Of a stretch of 64,000 bases of DNA, positions 1-8,769 are shown in pieces. The notes under the pieces were generated by a model. The model saw nothing but the letters and a program-made list of their open reading frames with translations. It was not told where the DNA came from and did no database searches. The stretch covers positions 99,860 to 163,859 of the forward strand of contig JBMYRH010000014.1 in the NCBI GenBank assembly GCA_049602155.1. Direction: 5' to 3'. The translations under genes were made by a program, and so were the position numbers. Position 1 is the stretch's first letter. Every line of letters starts with the position of its first letter. The DNA is from Myxococcota bacterium (GTDB taxonomy: Bacteria > Myxococcota_A > UBA9042 > PHBI01 > JBMYRH01).

Positions 1-1
1 G

Positions 2-318
2 GCGTGCTTATCTCGTGGTGGAGATCTGCTGAGCATCCACTCCCAAGAGGAGCAAGAGCTCATCGGTCAAGCGGCTTATGCGAGCTATAAAGGCCACCTG
101 TGGATAGGCATCAACGACCGAATCGAAGAGGGGACCTTTGCTTGGACCGATGGCTCCCCCGTCGACTTTGAGCATTGGAACAATAACGAGCCAAACGACT
201 GGGGCTCGGGCGAAGACTGCGGTCACCTCTATGAAGGCAACGACAACCGCTGGAACGATCTGCCCTGCGGCCATGAGGCCGGCTACCTCTGTCGGCTCCC
301 GAACCTCGACCTGCCCTA
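2..318 (+). CDS. C-type lectin domain protein, C-terminal fragment (the 5' end lies outside the window)
   Basis: The frame-2 translation reads ...GHLWIGINDRIEEGTFAWTDGSPVDFEHWNNNEPNDWGSGEDCGHLYEGNDNRWNDLPCGHEAGYLCRLPNLDLP and stops at TAG 316-318. It carries the canonical CTLD elements: a WIGL-like start, an EPN sugar-binding triplet, a WND motif and conserved Cys pairs. The supplied ORF track does not list this frame because no start Met falls inside the window. Confidence 0.6.
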
Positions 319-747
319 GACCTCGAGGAGCCGCTTGATGGACTGCAGATCCTTGGCGATCTGCTTCTTCAAGGCGCGCCCGAGCAAGGGGCCGTAGAGT
401 TTGGCGGCCCGGCCAGGGTTGCCGTGCAAGCGGAAGGTCATCACTGTCCCCTGACCTTGGGCAGCGAGCGTGATGCGGACCGCGTGCGGCAGGATGCCGC
501 CTTGGGCCTCTTCGGCGTAGACCGCGCCTGCTTCCAACTCCGTGATGATCTTGGCTGTGCGGATGACGCGCCCCATCAGCGTCGCCTCTTCGGTGAAGGT
601 GTCGCCGACCTTGAGGGGGCCTGAGCTGTCGCGAACGATCTTCACGATCGCCGAAGACCAACGCGGCGTCGCCTCGACGTCTGTGATCAGCTCGTAGACG
701 TCTGTGGGTGGTCTAGAAATCGTGACGGATTGTGTGACGTCGAGCAT
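316..747 (-). CDS. SRPBCC (START/polyketide-cyclase-like) family protein
   Basis: The 143-aa ORF contains TISRPPTDVYELITDVEATPRWSSAIVKI and a GDTFTEEATLMG segment, both typical of the SRPBCC ligand-binding fold. It converges on the lectin stop codon. Confidence 0.5.
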   Translation of the reverse strand: MLDVTQSVTISRPPTDVYELITDVEATPRWSSAIVKIVRDSSGPLKVGDTFTEEATLMGRVIRTAKIITELEAGAVYAEEAQGGILPHAVRITLAAQGQGTVMTFRLHGNPGRAAKLYGPLLGRALKKQIAKDLQSIKRLLEV

Positions 748-884
748 GGCGTACCTCGCGGAGCCAACCTAACCGACGCTGGGGAGCGATGACTAGCCCT
801 CCCCGCGCGCGAAGAGATAGTGTTGGTATTGGACCCCACCCGCTGAGCTACTGTAGATTCGCTCGTCTCCAAGGGAAATGCAGC

Positions 885-1841
885 ATGCGAACGAAGATTC
901 AACGACCCATCACGATGTCACCATGGATACTCGCGCTTCTGTGCGCCTTCGCTGTCGGCTGCGGGGATGCCTCGTCCACGTCGACCGAAGCAGACGCCGA
1001 AGTCGGCGCGGATGGGGTTGAGGAGGAGGGTGACACCACGCTCGACGGTGATCAGGATGCCCTCACACTCCCCGTCGAGGACGTCCTCGACGACAGCGAC
1101 GAGGAGATCGACGGGGAAGGAGAATTCCCGTCCGACCTCCCTGTGATCACCGAGATCAGTGAGGACGTCGATCTCTCAGAATTCTTCCCGGACGCGGTCG
1201 GGCCGGAGGCCGACGTCGTTGATGACGCCTCGGCTGACGTGATGTCTGACGTCAGTGATGACGCCGCTGACGTCACCATGGATGACGCCAGCGATGATGC
1301 CGCCACGTCCTCTGATGACGCCTCTTCGGATGTGGTTGAGGAGGAAGACACCTTCTTGGCCGACTGCGAAAACCTCGGCGTGGCCCCTCAGTGGGAGGGG
1401 ATCTTTGAGGGGGCGATCGAGTACCACATCCCTGAGGCCCTCGAAGAGCTCTTCTACCCACCGGATGGCATCTTGATCGTGGGGGGCACCCTCGCCTTCG
1501 ACATCGAGTGCGTGGACTCCAAGCTCATCGTGAGCGGAGACATGGCCGGCACGGCGAACGTGGCTGGGGAGGGCGATTTCCCCTTCACCATCACGCTCGC
1601 GGGCTACTTTAACCCCGAGACTGGGTTGCTCAACGCTAACCTCGTCGACGGGATGGTGGTGCTCTATGGCTTGGCGGAGATCTACTTCTCCGGAGACTTC
1701 ATTGGGACCTTGACCGACGAGGTCTTCAACGGCACATGGACCGGCATCTACGACGGGACGAATTTCCCGCTGCCGCCAGGAGATGTGCCAGACGCGGATG
1801 GCTCTGGGACCTGGAGTGCGCAGGCCGCCGAGGTCGATTAG
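885..1841 (+). CDS. acidic secreted lipoprotein, function unknown
   Basis: The internal Met at 885 gives MRTKIQRPITMSPWILALLCAFAVGCGD, a signal peptide with an AVGC lipobox. An AAGGGA Shine-Dalgarno sits 8 nt upstream. A D/E/S-rich low-complexity region follows, then a Gly-rich C-terminal domain. The stop is immediately followed by the next gene start at 1842. Confidence 0.5.
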   Translation: MRTKIQRPITMSPWILALLCAFAVGCGDASSTSTEADAEVGADGVEEEGDTTLDGDQDALTLPVEDVLDDSDEEIDGEGEFPSDLPVITEISEDVDLSEFFPDAVGPEADVVDDASADVMSDVSDDAADVTMDDASDDAATSSDDASSDVVEEEDTFLADCENLGVAPQWEGIFEGAIEYHIPEALEELFYPPDGILIVGGTLAFDIECVDSKLIVSGDMAGTANVAGEGDFPFTITLAGYFNPETGLLNANLVDGMVVLYGLAEIYFSGDFIGTLTDEVFNGTWTGIYDGTNFPLPPGDVPDADGSGTWSAQAAEVD

Positions 1842-4800
1842 ATGCGGCGCTTAGCACTGAGCGCCCTGATCGCAGTGGTCGCGAGCTGCGGTGGTGAGAG
1901 CCCTACGCCGACGTCCGACGCGACTGAGTCGAGCGACGTAGCGTCCCCTGACGTCAGCGGAGACAGCACAGAGAGCGCCCCGGAACTCGAAGACGCGCCG
2001 ACCCTGGAGGACACTCAGGCGCCTGTCGAGGACATCCCCGTCGCACCTGAGGTCGTCGACGCGATCGGGCCTGAGGATGTCGCGACGGATCCTCACGAGG
2101 ACGCGCCCGGTGACGGCCACAGTGAGCCCTCAGATGCAGATGGAGCGAGCGACGCAGCACAGGGAGACACGAGCGAGGATGTCGCCCCTGATGTCCCCCC
2201 GGAGCCAATCGTCGTGCCTGGTGATCAATGCGATGAGGCGCTGGTCATCGACCCGCTCGAATTGCCCTTTGAGTACGAAGGAGACACGACGCACGCCGCC
2301 GATGACGTCGCGCTAGCGGGGGGCTGCGGGACAGGTGGTGATATCGGTGCAGGGGCCCCAGATGTGGTCTTCTCATTTACCCCCTCTGTGACGGCGCATC
2401 ATGTCATCGGCATGAACCCAGCGACCGTGATCGGCGCGAGCCCGGCGGTGATCTACGTGTTGGAGGACTGCGACGACGCGGCCTTCTCCTGTGTGGGGGT
2501 GAGCAGTAACTTGAGCGCTGGCGGGGTCTTCAGTGTCTACCTTGAGGCGGGGACGAGCTACGCGGTCGTCGTTGATGGCCTCTTGCCCGAGGACTCAGGC
2601 GGCTTCACCTTTGTGGTCGAGGAGGTCGTGTGCGTCATCGAATGCCCCGGTCCGGAGTGCGGCAAGGATGGATGCGGCGGCTTCTGCGGTGAGGGGTGCG
2701 AGGAGGGGCTCGCGTGTCGCCCTGACGGCTTCTGCGAGACCCCACCGCTCATCGACGGCAACACCTGCGAGTCCCCCTTCCTGATCGAGTCCTTGCCCTA
2801 TGCGACGACTGGGGACACTTGGTACGGCACCAATGAGGGGGCCTTCGAGGCCAACAGCTGCCCAGGGGAGCCCCACCCAATCGGGGCTGCGAGCAATGAC
2901 CACTTCTATCAGCTGGAGATCCCGGCGACGGGGCTCTACTCCCTCGCCATCAACTCCGATTACGACGCGGCGCTCTACGTCATCGAGGATTGCGCGGATC
3001 TGAGCGGGAGCTGCGTCGCAGGGTCGGATCAATCGCTCAGCTCTGAGTCGATGGAGATCTACCTCGAGGCTGGCCAGACGCTGACCATCGTCGTGGACGG
3101 CTACGGCAACACCGAGAACATGAACGGCATCTACACCCTGCAGGTCAGCCAGGCCTGCGTGGCCTCCTGCGAAGCGAAGGACTGCGGTGATGATGGCTGC
3201 GGAGGCTCCTGCGGTGTCTGTAGCTACGGCGACGCGTGCCTTGAGGGGAGCTGTCTGGCTGCGCCGCTTGGCGACACCTGCCTTGACCCCTTCGTCATCC
3301 CGTCCGCCCCGTACACGGTGACCGGCGACACCTCCGGCTTTCATGGGGAGATGAGCTACGCCCCAGGGGAGTGCCCCGGGATGACCTTGGGCTGGGGAGC
3401 GGGCTCCAAAGACGTCATCTACACCTTTGAGCCGACCACGCAGGACCTCTACACGCTGACGCTCGAGGCGTCCTTCGACTCGACCCTCTACGTGGTGACC
3501 GACTGCTTGGACGTGGGGGGCTCATGCCTCGCGGCCGATGATCAGCACCCGACGATGGAGACCGTCGACGTCTGGATGTACCCCGGGACGACCTACTTCA
3601 TCGTCGTGGATGGCTATGGGAATCAGTCCAACGTCGAGGGGAGCTACACGCTCTCGATGGCGTCGGCATGCGTGCCGCACTGCAAGTTCAAGCAATGCGG
3701 ACCGGACGGGTGTGGTGGCTCTTGTGGGGAGTGTGAAGGCTTCTCGGTGTGCAGCGATGAGGGGCTGTGTGAGTCCCAAGAGGGCAACAGCTGCGATACG
3801 CCGTTCATGATCGAAGCGCTGCCTTTCTTGGGAGAGGGCGACACCTCGGACTCGACCAACTTGATGGGGGTCCCTTACGACGCGTGCCCCGATGAGACAG
3901 CCGTTCGAGGGCCTGTGAGCGCTGAAGAGGTCTGGGCCTTTACGCCCACGGAGTCGGGGGTCTACACAGCGCTCCTCGACTCGACGTTCCCAGCGGTGCT
4001 TTATGCGCTGACGGAGTGCTCGCAGTTCACGACGGAGTGCTTCATTGAGGAGAACCCCGGGGGCCTCGTCTGGTACGACGTGACCCCGGAGTGTGGATGG
4101 TCACATTACGATCAAGGGCAGTGTGTGGGGCTGGGCGCGGGCTTCTTGCTCTCAGGGGAGATCGTCCCGCTGAAGACGTACTTAGAGGCCGGGACGACCT
4201 ACTTCTATGTCGTGGACGGAAACGCCCTGAACGCGGACCAAAGTGGCCCTTACACCCTCTCACTTGATGGCCCCTGCATTCCGGAGTGTGACGGCAAGGT
4301 GTGCGGTCCTGATGGGTGTGGCTTGACCTGCGGCGAGTGCCCCAACGACCTGCTCTGTGATGACAGTCAGCAGTGCGTCACCCAAGAGGGCAACAGCTGC
4401 GCTACGGCCTTTGTGATCCCGGACGACGTGACCTTGCCGGTGGTCTATGAGGGCAACACGAACGACGCGACCAACACGTACGGCAAGCCCTACGGTGGAT
4501 GTCCTGACGAGAACAAGAAGATCGGAGCAGGTAGCCGTGACGAGGTCTACGCCTTTACGCCAGCGGAAGACGGGACCTACGAGATGACGATCGACGCGCA
4601 GTTCCAAGGGGCCCTCTACGTCCTCAATGACTGCTCGGAATTCCTCAGTGAGTGCTTCTTCAAAGAGACCAAGGGGCATGACTCTTGGGCAGCGGTTGTC
4701 CCCGGGTGCGGGTTCGCCTCAGAGACCTGTTTGGCAGCATACTTGGAGGACCCGGAGGAGCCTGAGGCGCTCTTGAGTGTGGAGCTGCTCGCGGGCGAGA

Positions 4801-5405
4801 CGGTCTACATCGTCGTCGATGGCCAAGGGGGGCTCTACGACACCTATGGGAGCTATACGCTGACCGTGGACAGCGCCTGTGATCCGCAGTGCGACGGACT
4901 TCAATGCGGTGACGATGGCTGCGGAGACGTGTGCGGTGTCTGCCCAGGGGGCTTCATCTGTGACGAGGCAGGTCAGTGCGTGGATGTGACCCAGACCCCT
5001 GGCAATTCCTGCGAGACTGCGTTCGTTGTGTCGTCGATCCCCTTCCTCGGGACCGGGGACACTTCGGACAATTCGGATGTCTATATCGCTGACACTTGCC
5101 TGTCTGTGTCGGCCGCCGCTGTGGCCGCTGGGGCTCGGGATGAGGTGTGGGTGCTGACGCCCGAGCAGAGTGGGCTCTACATCATCGACATCGCAGGCCA
5201 GGATGGCTTTGAGCCGATCGTGTACGTGGTCGACGATTGCAGTGATGAAGGGTGGAGCTGCATTAAGGGGACCAGCGACGTCACGATGGACATCGCTTTG
5301 GACGCCGGCGAGACCTACTACATCGTCGTGGATGGCGGCACAGACCCCGAAGACCCTCCGCCGACGACCGACGGGGGCTATGTGCTTGAGGTGACCCTGC
5401 CATGA
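1842..5405 (+). CDS. giant repetitive surface lipoprotein with six PPC-like (pre-peptidase C-terminal-like) beta-sandwich modules separated by Cys-rich linkers
   Basis: It starts with a lipoprotein signal, MRRLALSALIAVVASCGG, followed by an acidic spacer. The repeated unit is about 170 aa. Each unit has NSC-x-PF-I-x2-LP[YF]-x3-GDT, then E/DV[WY]AFTP-x4-G-Y, then LY[VA]-x-DC, then Y-x2-VDGY/G, then YTL. The linkers follow C-x3-C-x3-C-G-x-DGCGG-x-CG-x-C; examples are CGKDGCGGFCGEGC, CGDDGCGGSCGVC, CGPDGCGGSCGEC, CGPDGCGLTCGEC and CGDDGCGDVCGVC. Confidence 0.7.
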   Translation: MRRLALSALIAVVASCGGESPTPTSDATESSDVASPDVSGDSTESAPELEDAPTLEDTQAPVEDIPVAPEVVDAIGPEDVATDPHEDAPGDGHSEPSDADGASDAAQGDTSEDVAPDVPPEPIVVPGDQCDEALVIDPLELPFEYEGDTTHAADDVALAGGCGTGGDIGAGAPDVVFSFTPSVTAHHVIGMNPATVIGASPAVIYVLEDCDDAAFSCVGVSSNLSAGGVFSVYLEAGTSYAVVVDGLLPEDSGGFTFVVEEVVCVIECPGPECGKDGCGGFCGEGCEEGLACRPDGFCETPPLIDGNTCESPFLIESLPYATTGDTWYGTNEGAFEANSCPGEPHPIGAASNDHFYQLEIPATGLYSLAINSDYDAALYVIEDCADLSGSCVAGSDQSLSSESMEIYLEAGQTLTIVVDGYGNTENMNGIYTLQVSQACVASCEAKDCGDDGCGGSCGVCSYGDACLEGSCLAAPLGDTCLDPFVIPSAPYTVTGDTSGFHGEMSYAPGECPGMTLGWGAGSKDVIYTFEPTTQDLYTLTLEASFDSTLYVVTDCLDVGGSCLAADDQHPTMETVDVWMYPGTTYFIVVDGYGNQSNVEGSYTLSMASACVPHCKFKQCGPDGCGGSCGECEGFSVCSDEGLCESQEGNSCDTPFMIEALPFLGEGDTSDSTNLMGVPYDACPDETAVRGPVSAEEVWAFTPTESGVYTALLDSTFPAVLYALTECSQFTTECFIEENPGGLVWYDVTPECGWSHYDQGQCVGLGAGFLLSGEIVPLKTYLEAGTTYFYVVDGNALNADQSGPYTLSLDGPCIPECDGKVCGPDGCGLTCGECPNDLLCDDSQQCVTQEGNSCATAFVIPDDVTLPVVYEGNTNDATNTYGKPYGGCPDENKKIGAGSRDEVYAFTPAEDGTYEMTIDAQFQGALYVLNDCSEFLSECFFKETKGHDSWAAVVPGCGFASETCLAAYLEDPEEPEALLSVELLAGETVYIVVDGQGGLYDTYGSYTLTVDSACDPQCDGLQCGDDGCGDVCGVCPGGFICDEAGQCVDVTQTPGNSCETAFVVSSIPFLGTGDTSDNSDVYIADTCLSVSAAAVAAGARDEVWVLTPEQSGLYIIDIAGQDGFEPIVYVVDDCSDEGWSCIKGTSDVTMDIALDAGETYYIVVDGGTDPEDPPPTTDGGYVLEVTLP

Positions 5406-8400
5406 GGAACTCAGCGCTCATTATCGTCCTCGTCGCAGCCCTCTCGGCATGCTCGGATGCCGGGGGCATCGGCGAGGGCTCCGAGGCCATCGCCGACACG
5501 CAGACGGACCCCTCCGGGGGGGATTCCTCAGGAGAACCGGGTCGCTCGAACGGTTCGGGGAGTGGCTTTCAGTCCGCCGACGAGCTGGGTATCTCGGTCT
5601 CTCCCTCGGCGCTGACGTTTGGCGCAGTGGCCCTTGGTGCATCGGACTCCCAGTCCCTTGAGGTCTTGCACACGGGCAGCTCGGGTACTTTGGAGCTCAT
5701 CGATGTGCGCTACGTCACCCAAGAGGGCTCCGATATTAGCCTGGGCGAGGTCCTGACCACCCGACTTGACCCTGGCGAAGGCACCGAGATCGAGGTGCGC
5801 TTTACTCCGACGGACGCGGGTCAAGAGCGTGGCACTGTCGTGATAGACACCAACGCGATTGACGCGACGGGCGCAGCGCTCTCTGTCGAGGTCCCTGTCG
5901 AGGCGCCAGCGTTGACCTCGGAGCTCATCGCGGACGCCGCGATCATCGGCTTTGGTGGTGTCGCCACGGGCACGGAGAAGTCTCGGACGTTGACCCTCTT
6001 GAATGTCGGCACCTTGGATGTGACCGTCGAGGCGCTGACCATCGATGGGACCTCCTCTGCTGAGTTCGTGGTGCCAACCGCCGAGGTACTCCCGATGACG
6101 GTGGGGGCCGGCCTGAACCAAGCGGTCGAGGTGGTGTACACGCCGACAGGGTTCGACACGGACACCGCAACGCTGAGGATAGCGTCCTCAGCCGCAGACG
6201 GGCTGTCGGAGCTGATCGTGCCGCTCTCGGGGCATGAGATCTCAGCCGAGCTGAAGGTCACGCCGACCCCGCTTAACTTTGGCCTACGCGGCCCGGAAGA
6301 GGCGCATGTTGAGGTCTTGACTGTGACCTCCGGTAACCCAGAGGTCGACCTTGAGATCAGCGCCGTCTCAGTGGTGGAGACGGGGCCATGGAGTGGGACG
6401 GTGACCCTCGAAGCGTGGCCTGAAGAAGGTGTCGTGCTCACAGGGGGAGAGCCTCTAGAGGTCTCGGTCACCTTCACGCCGAGCGCGGACATGGTGTCAG
6501 GGCCCACGCCCATCGCGGAGATCGCCTTTGAGACCAACGACCCCTCAGATGAGGGTGTGCAGACCGTCGCAGTGCATGGACAGCGGCAGGGGACGGGCCT
6601 TGAGGTCTTCCCGCCGGACATCGTGTACTTCGGCTACGTCGGGATCGGCGGCACCGTCCGTCGAGAGGTCACGCTGTACAACGCGGGCAACAGCCCGCTG
6701 ACCGTCGACAGTGTCTACGTCGAGGGTGACTACGCGATCGTCGAAGGAGACCTCTGGTCTCCGACCGCAGACGGGCCCTCTCCGGCCACCCTCGGGCCTG
6801 GCGAACTGCAGGTCGTGACGGTGTCGTTTACGACCGCAGGACCGCCGCTTGAGACGACTTGGGGCAAGCTGATCATCATGTCTGACGACGTGGCCAAGCC
6901 CACTTGGGAGGTGTTGCTGAACGCGCAGAAGGTCGAGGGGGGCGATTGCCTGCTGCAGTTTGTCCCCAGCGCCTTGGACTTTGGGATGACGGCGCCTTGG
7001 ACAGCGCACACCCAGCAGTTCACCTTGGTCAACATCGGCACGGGCCCCTGTGCGTACCACAGCGCGATCACCGATGACTGTGAGACGACTCAGGGGTGTG
7101 AGGTCTCGGATGACGCCGAGATGGCGGCCTCGAGCAGCGCCAAGTACGTCGTGACCGCGGAGCCCGAGGTGGGCGCTGAGATAGGTCCAGGTGAGATGAT
7201 CGCGATTGAGGTCACGTTCACCGCGCCAGATCCGAGCCCCGTGATTACGCCTCACCCGGGGATGGTCCGCGCGCGGGTCACCTCGGTCTCGGGTCAGACC
7301 GGTGAAGACGTCGTGACGGTGCATCCATCCTCTTCGAGCTGGTTAACGCTGCCGAACCTCTTGGCCGAGGTGGGGGTCGGGCAGCTTGAGGTCGCCCCGC
7401 CGGTCTTGGACTTTCAGTTGGTGGAGATCGGCTGCGTGAGTCCACCCACGGTGGTCACAGGCACGAACGTCGGGATGGCGCACTTAGAGGTCGCCAGCTG
7501 GTGGCTTGAGGGCTGCTCCGACGAGGTCAGAGTCCTCGAGGCTCCTGAGCCAGACACCGTCCACACGTTGCAGATCGGTCAGTCAGTCGAGTGGATCTTG
7601 GACTACGCCCCTGTGGATGAAACGACTGACACCTGCAGCCTCTTCATCGTCAGCAGTGACAGTCAGACGCCCACCGAGGTCCCCGTGACGGGCTGGGGTG
7701 CTTACCCGGCCGAGCTCGTTGACCTCTTCACCGACTCCGAGGCGCAGAAGGTCGATGTGCTCTTCGTGGTTGATGACTCGGGCTCGATGTCCGAGGAGCA
7801 GGTGAACCTCTCAGACAGCTTTGAGGCCTTCATCTACGAGGCAGCGAGCTGGGACAGTGACTATCAGATCGCCGTCACGACCACGACGATCTCCCTCCTA
7901 GAGCTCTCCGGTGGCGCCCTCTACGGCTCGCCCCCGTGGGTGACGGCGGCCAACTGGGAGAAGTTCGTGAACATCGTGGAGGTCGGGACGAGCGGCTCGG
8001 GTGACGAGCAGGGCATTTGGGCGGCCTACATCGCGACCAGCTCTCCGCTCATCGACCCCCCAGAGGGGACCTGTGAGGTCGACAGCGACTGCGGCCTCCA
8101 CCGGGTCTGCCGTGTCGGGATGTGCCAGGGCGTCAACCACGGCTTCTTTCGGGAAGATGCGGCGCTGGAGATCGTCTTCGTCAGTGACGAAGAGGACCAC
8201 AGCCCGGAGGAGCTGGAGGCTTACTTGAACCACTTCCGCGGCATCAAAGGGTATGCGCACCCGGAGCTGCTCCATATGCACGCGATTGTCGGGCCCGCGG
8301 GTGGCTGCTCGTCGTCCAATGGCTCGGCTGAGGCGGGGCATCGCTACATGAACCTGGCTGACGCGACCGGTGGGGCGGTCTACTCCATCTGCGAGCTTGA

Positions 8401-8665
8401 TTTTGCGAAGGGGCTCGAGGGGATCGGTGAGATCGCCTTCGCCTCGAAGATGGAGTACACGCTCTCGCAGATCCCGGCGCCGACGACGATCATGGTCACG
8501 ATTGAGGGGCTCCCTTGCCCCGCGCTCACGGGGGGCATCTTCAACTGGGTTTACGACGCCGAGGACAACACGGTCACGCTCACCGAGGAGGGGATCTGCA
8601 CTGCCGGATCGGGTGACGAGGTCCTGATCGCCTATGACCTTCTCTGCTACGCTGAAGCAGACTGA
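5402..8665 (+). CDS. giant lipoprotein with choice-of-anchor-D/ASH-like Ig repeats and a C-terminal von Willebrand factor A domain
   Basis: The start ATG at 5402 overlaps the upstream stop by 4 nt (ATGA). The signal is MRNSALIIVLVAALSACSD. Several roughly 100-aa repeats have the form L-x-FG-x-V-x-G, then N-x-G, then L-x-V and so on, then FTP-x3-G, which is the choice-of-anchor-D pattern. The C-terminal part contains VLFVVDDSGSMSEE, a DxSxS MIDAS motif of vWA domains. Confidence 0.65.
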   Translation: MRNSALIIVLVAALSACSDAGGIGEGSEAIADTQTDPSGGDSSGEPGRSNGSGSGFQSADELGISVSPSALTFGAVALGASDSQSLEVLHTGSSGTLELIDVRYVTQEGSDISLGEVLTTRLDPGEGTEIEVRFTPTDAGQERGTVVIDTNAIDATGAALSVEVPVEAPALTSELIADAAIIGFGGVATGTEKSRTLTLLNVGTLDVTVEALTIDGTSSAEFVVPTAEVLPMTVGAGLNQAVEVVYTPTGFDTDTATLRIASSAADGLSELIVPLSGHEISAELKVTPTPLNFGLRGPEEAHVEVLTVTSGNPEVDLEISAVSVVETGPWSGTVTLEAWPEEGVVLTGGEPLEVSVTFTPSADMVSGPTPIAEIAFETNDPSDEGVQTVAVHGQRQGTGLEVFPPDIVYFGYVGIGGTVRREVTLYNAGNSPLTVDSVYVEGDYAIVEGDLWSPTADGPSPATLGPGELQVVTVSFTTAGPPLETTWGKLIIMSDDVAKPTWEVLLNAQKVEGGDCLLQFVPSALDFGMTAPWTAHTQQFTLVNIGTGPCAYHSAITDDCETTQGCEVSDDAEMAASSSAKYVVTAEPEVGAEIGPGEMIAIEVTFTAPDPSPVITPHPGMVRARVTSVSGQTGEDVVTVHPSSSSWLTLPNLLAEVGVGQLEVAPPVLDFQLVEIGCVSPPTVVTGTNVGMAHLEVASWWLEGCSDEVRVLEAPEPDTVHTLQIGQSVEWILDYAPVDETTDTCSLFIVSSDSQTPTEVPVTGWGAYPAELVDLFTDSEAQKVDVLFVVDDSGSMSEEQVNLSDSFEAFIYEAASWDSDYQIAVTTTTISLLELSGGALYGSPPWVTAANWEKFVNIVEVGTSGSGDEQGIWAAYIATSSPLIDPPEGTCEVDSDCGLHRVCRVGMCQGVNHGFFREDAALEIVFVSDEEDHSPEELEAYLNHFRGIKGYAHPELLHMHAIVGPAGGCSSSNGSAEAGHRYMNLADATGGAVYSICELDFAKGLEGIGEIAFASKMEYTLSQIPAPTTIMVTIEGLPCPALTGGIFNWVYDAEDNTVTLTEEGICTAGSGDEVLIAYDLLCYAEAD

Positions 8666-8769
8666 GCCGGTTTCCTGCTTGTACGTCGCCCCTTGCAAGG
8701 ACCTCCCGTCCTATCGCAGTCTGGAACTCATGATTCGCCCCCCGTTTACGCACCTCCTGCGAGCTTGAT

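Noticed and set aside
8-661. 217-aa minus-strand ORF spanning the lectin and SRPBCC genes
   Set aside because: Its Arg/Pro/Gly-rich composition is typical of an out-of-frame reading of high-GC coding DNA. It overlaps two better-supported genes that have recognisable motifs.
2595-3344. Antisense and alternate-frame ORFs of 240-300 aa inside the giant genes, listed at 2595..3344; the others in this group are 5821..6621, 6545..7324, 9823..10551 and 11779..12663
   Set aside because: All lie within the long repeat-protein genes whose reading frames show conserved modular repeats. They are GC-bias artefacts.
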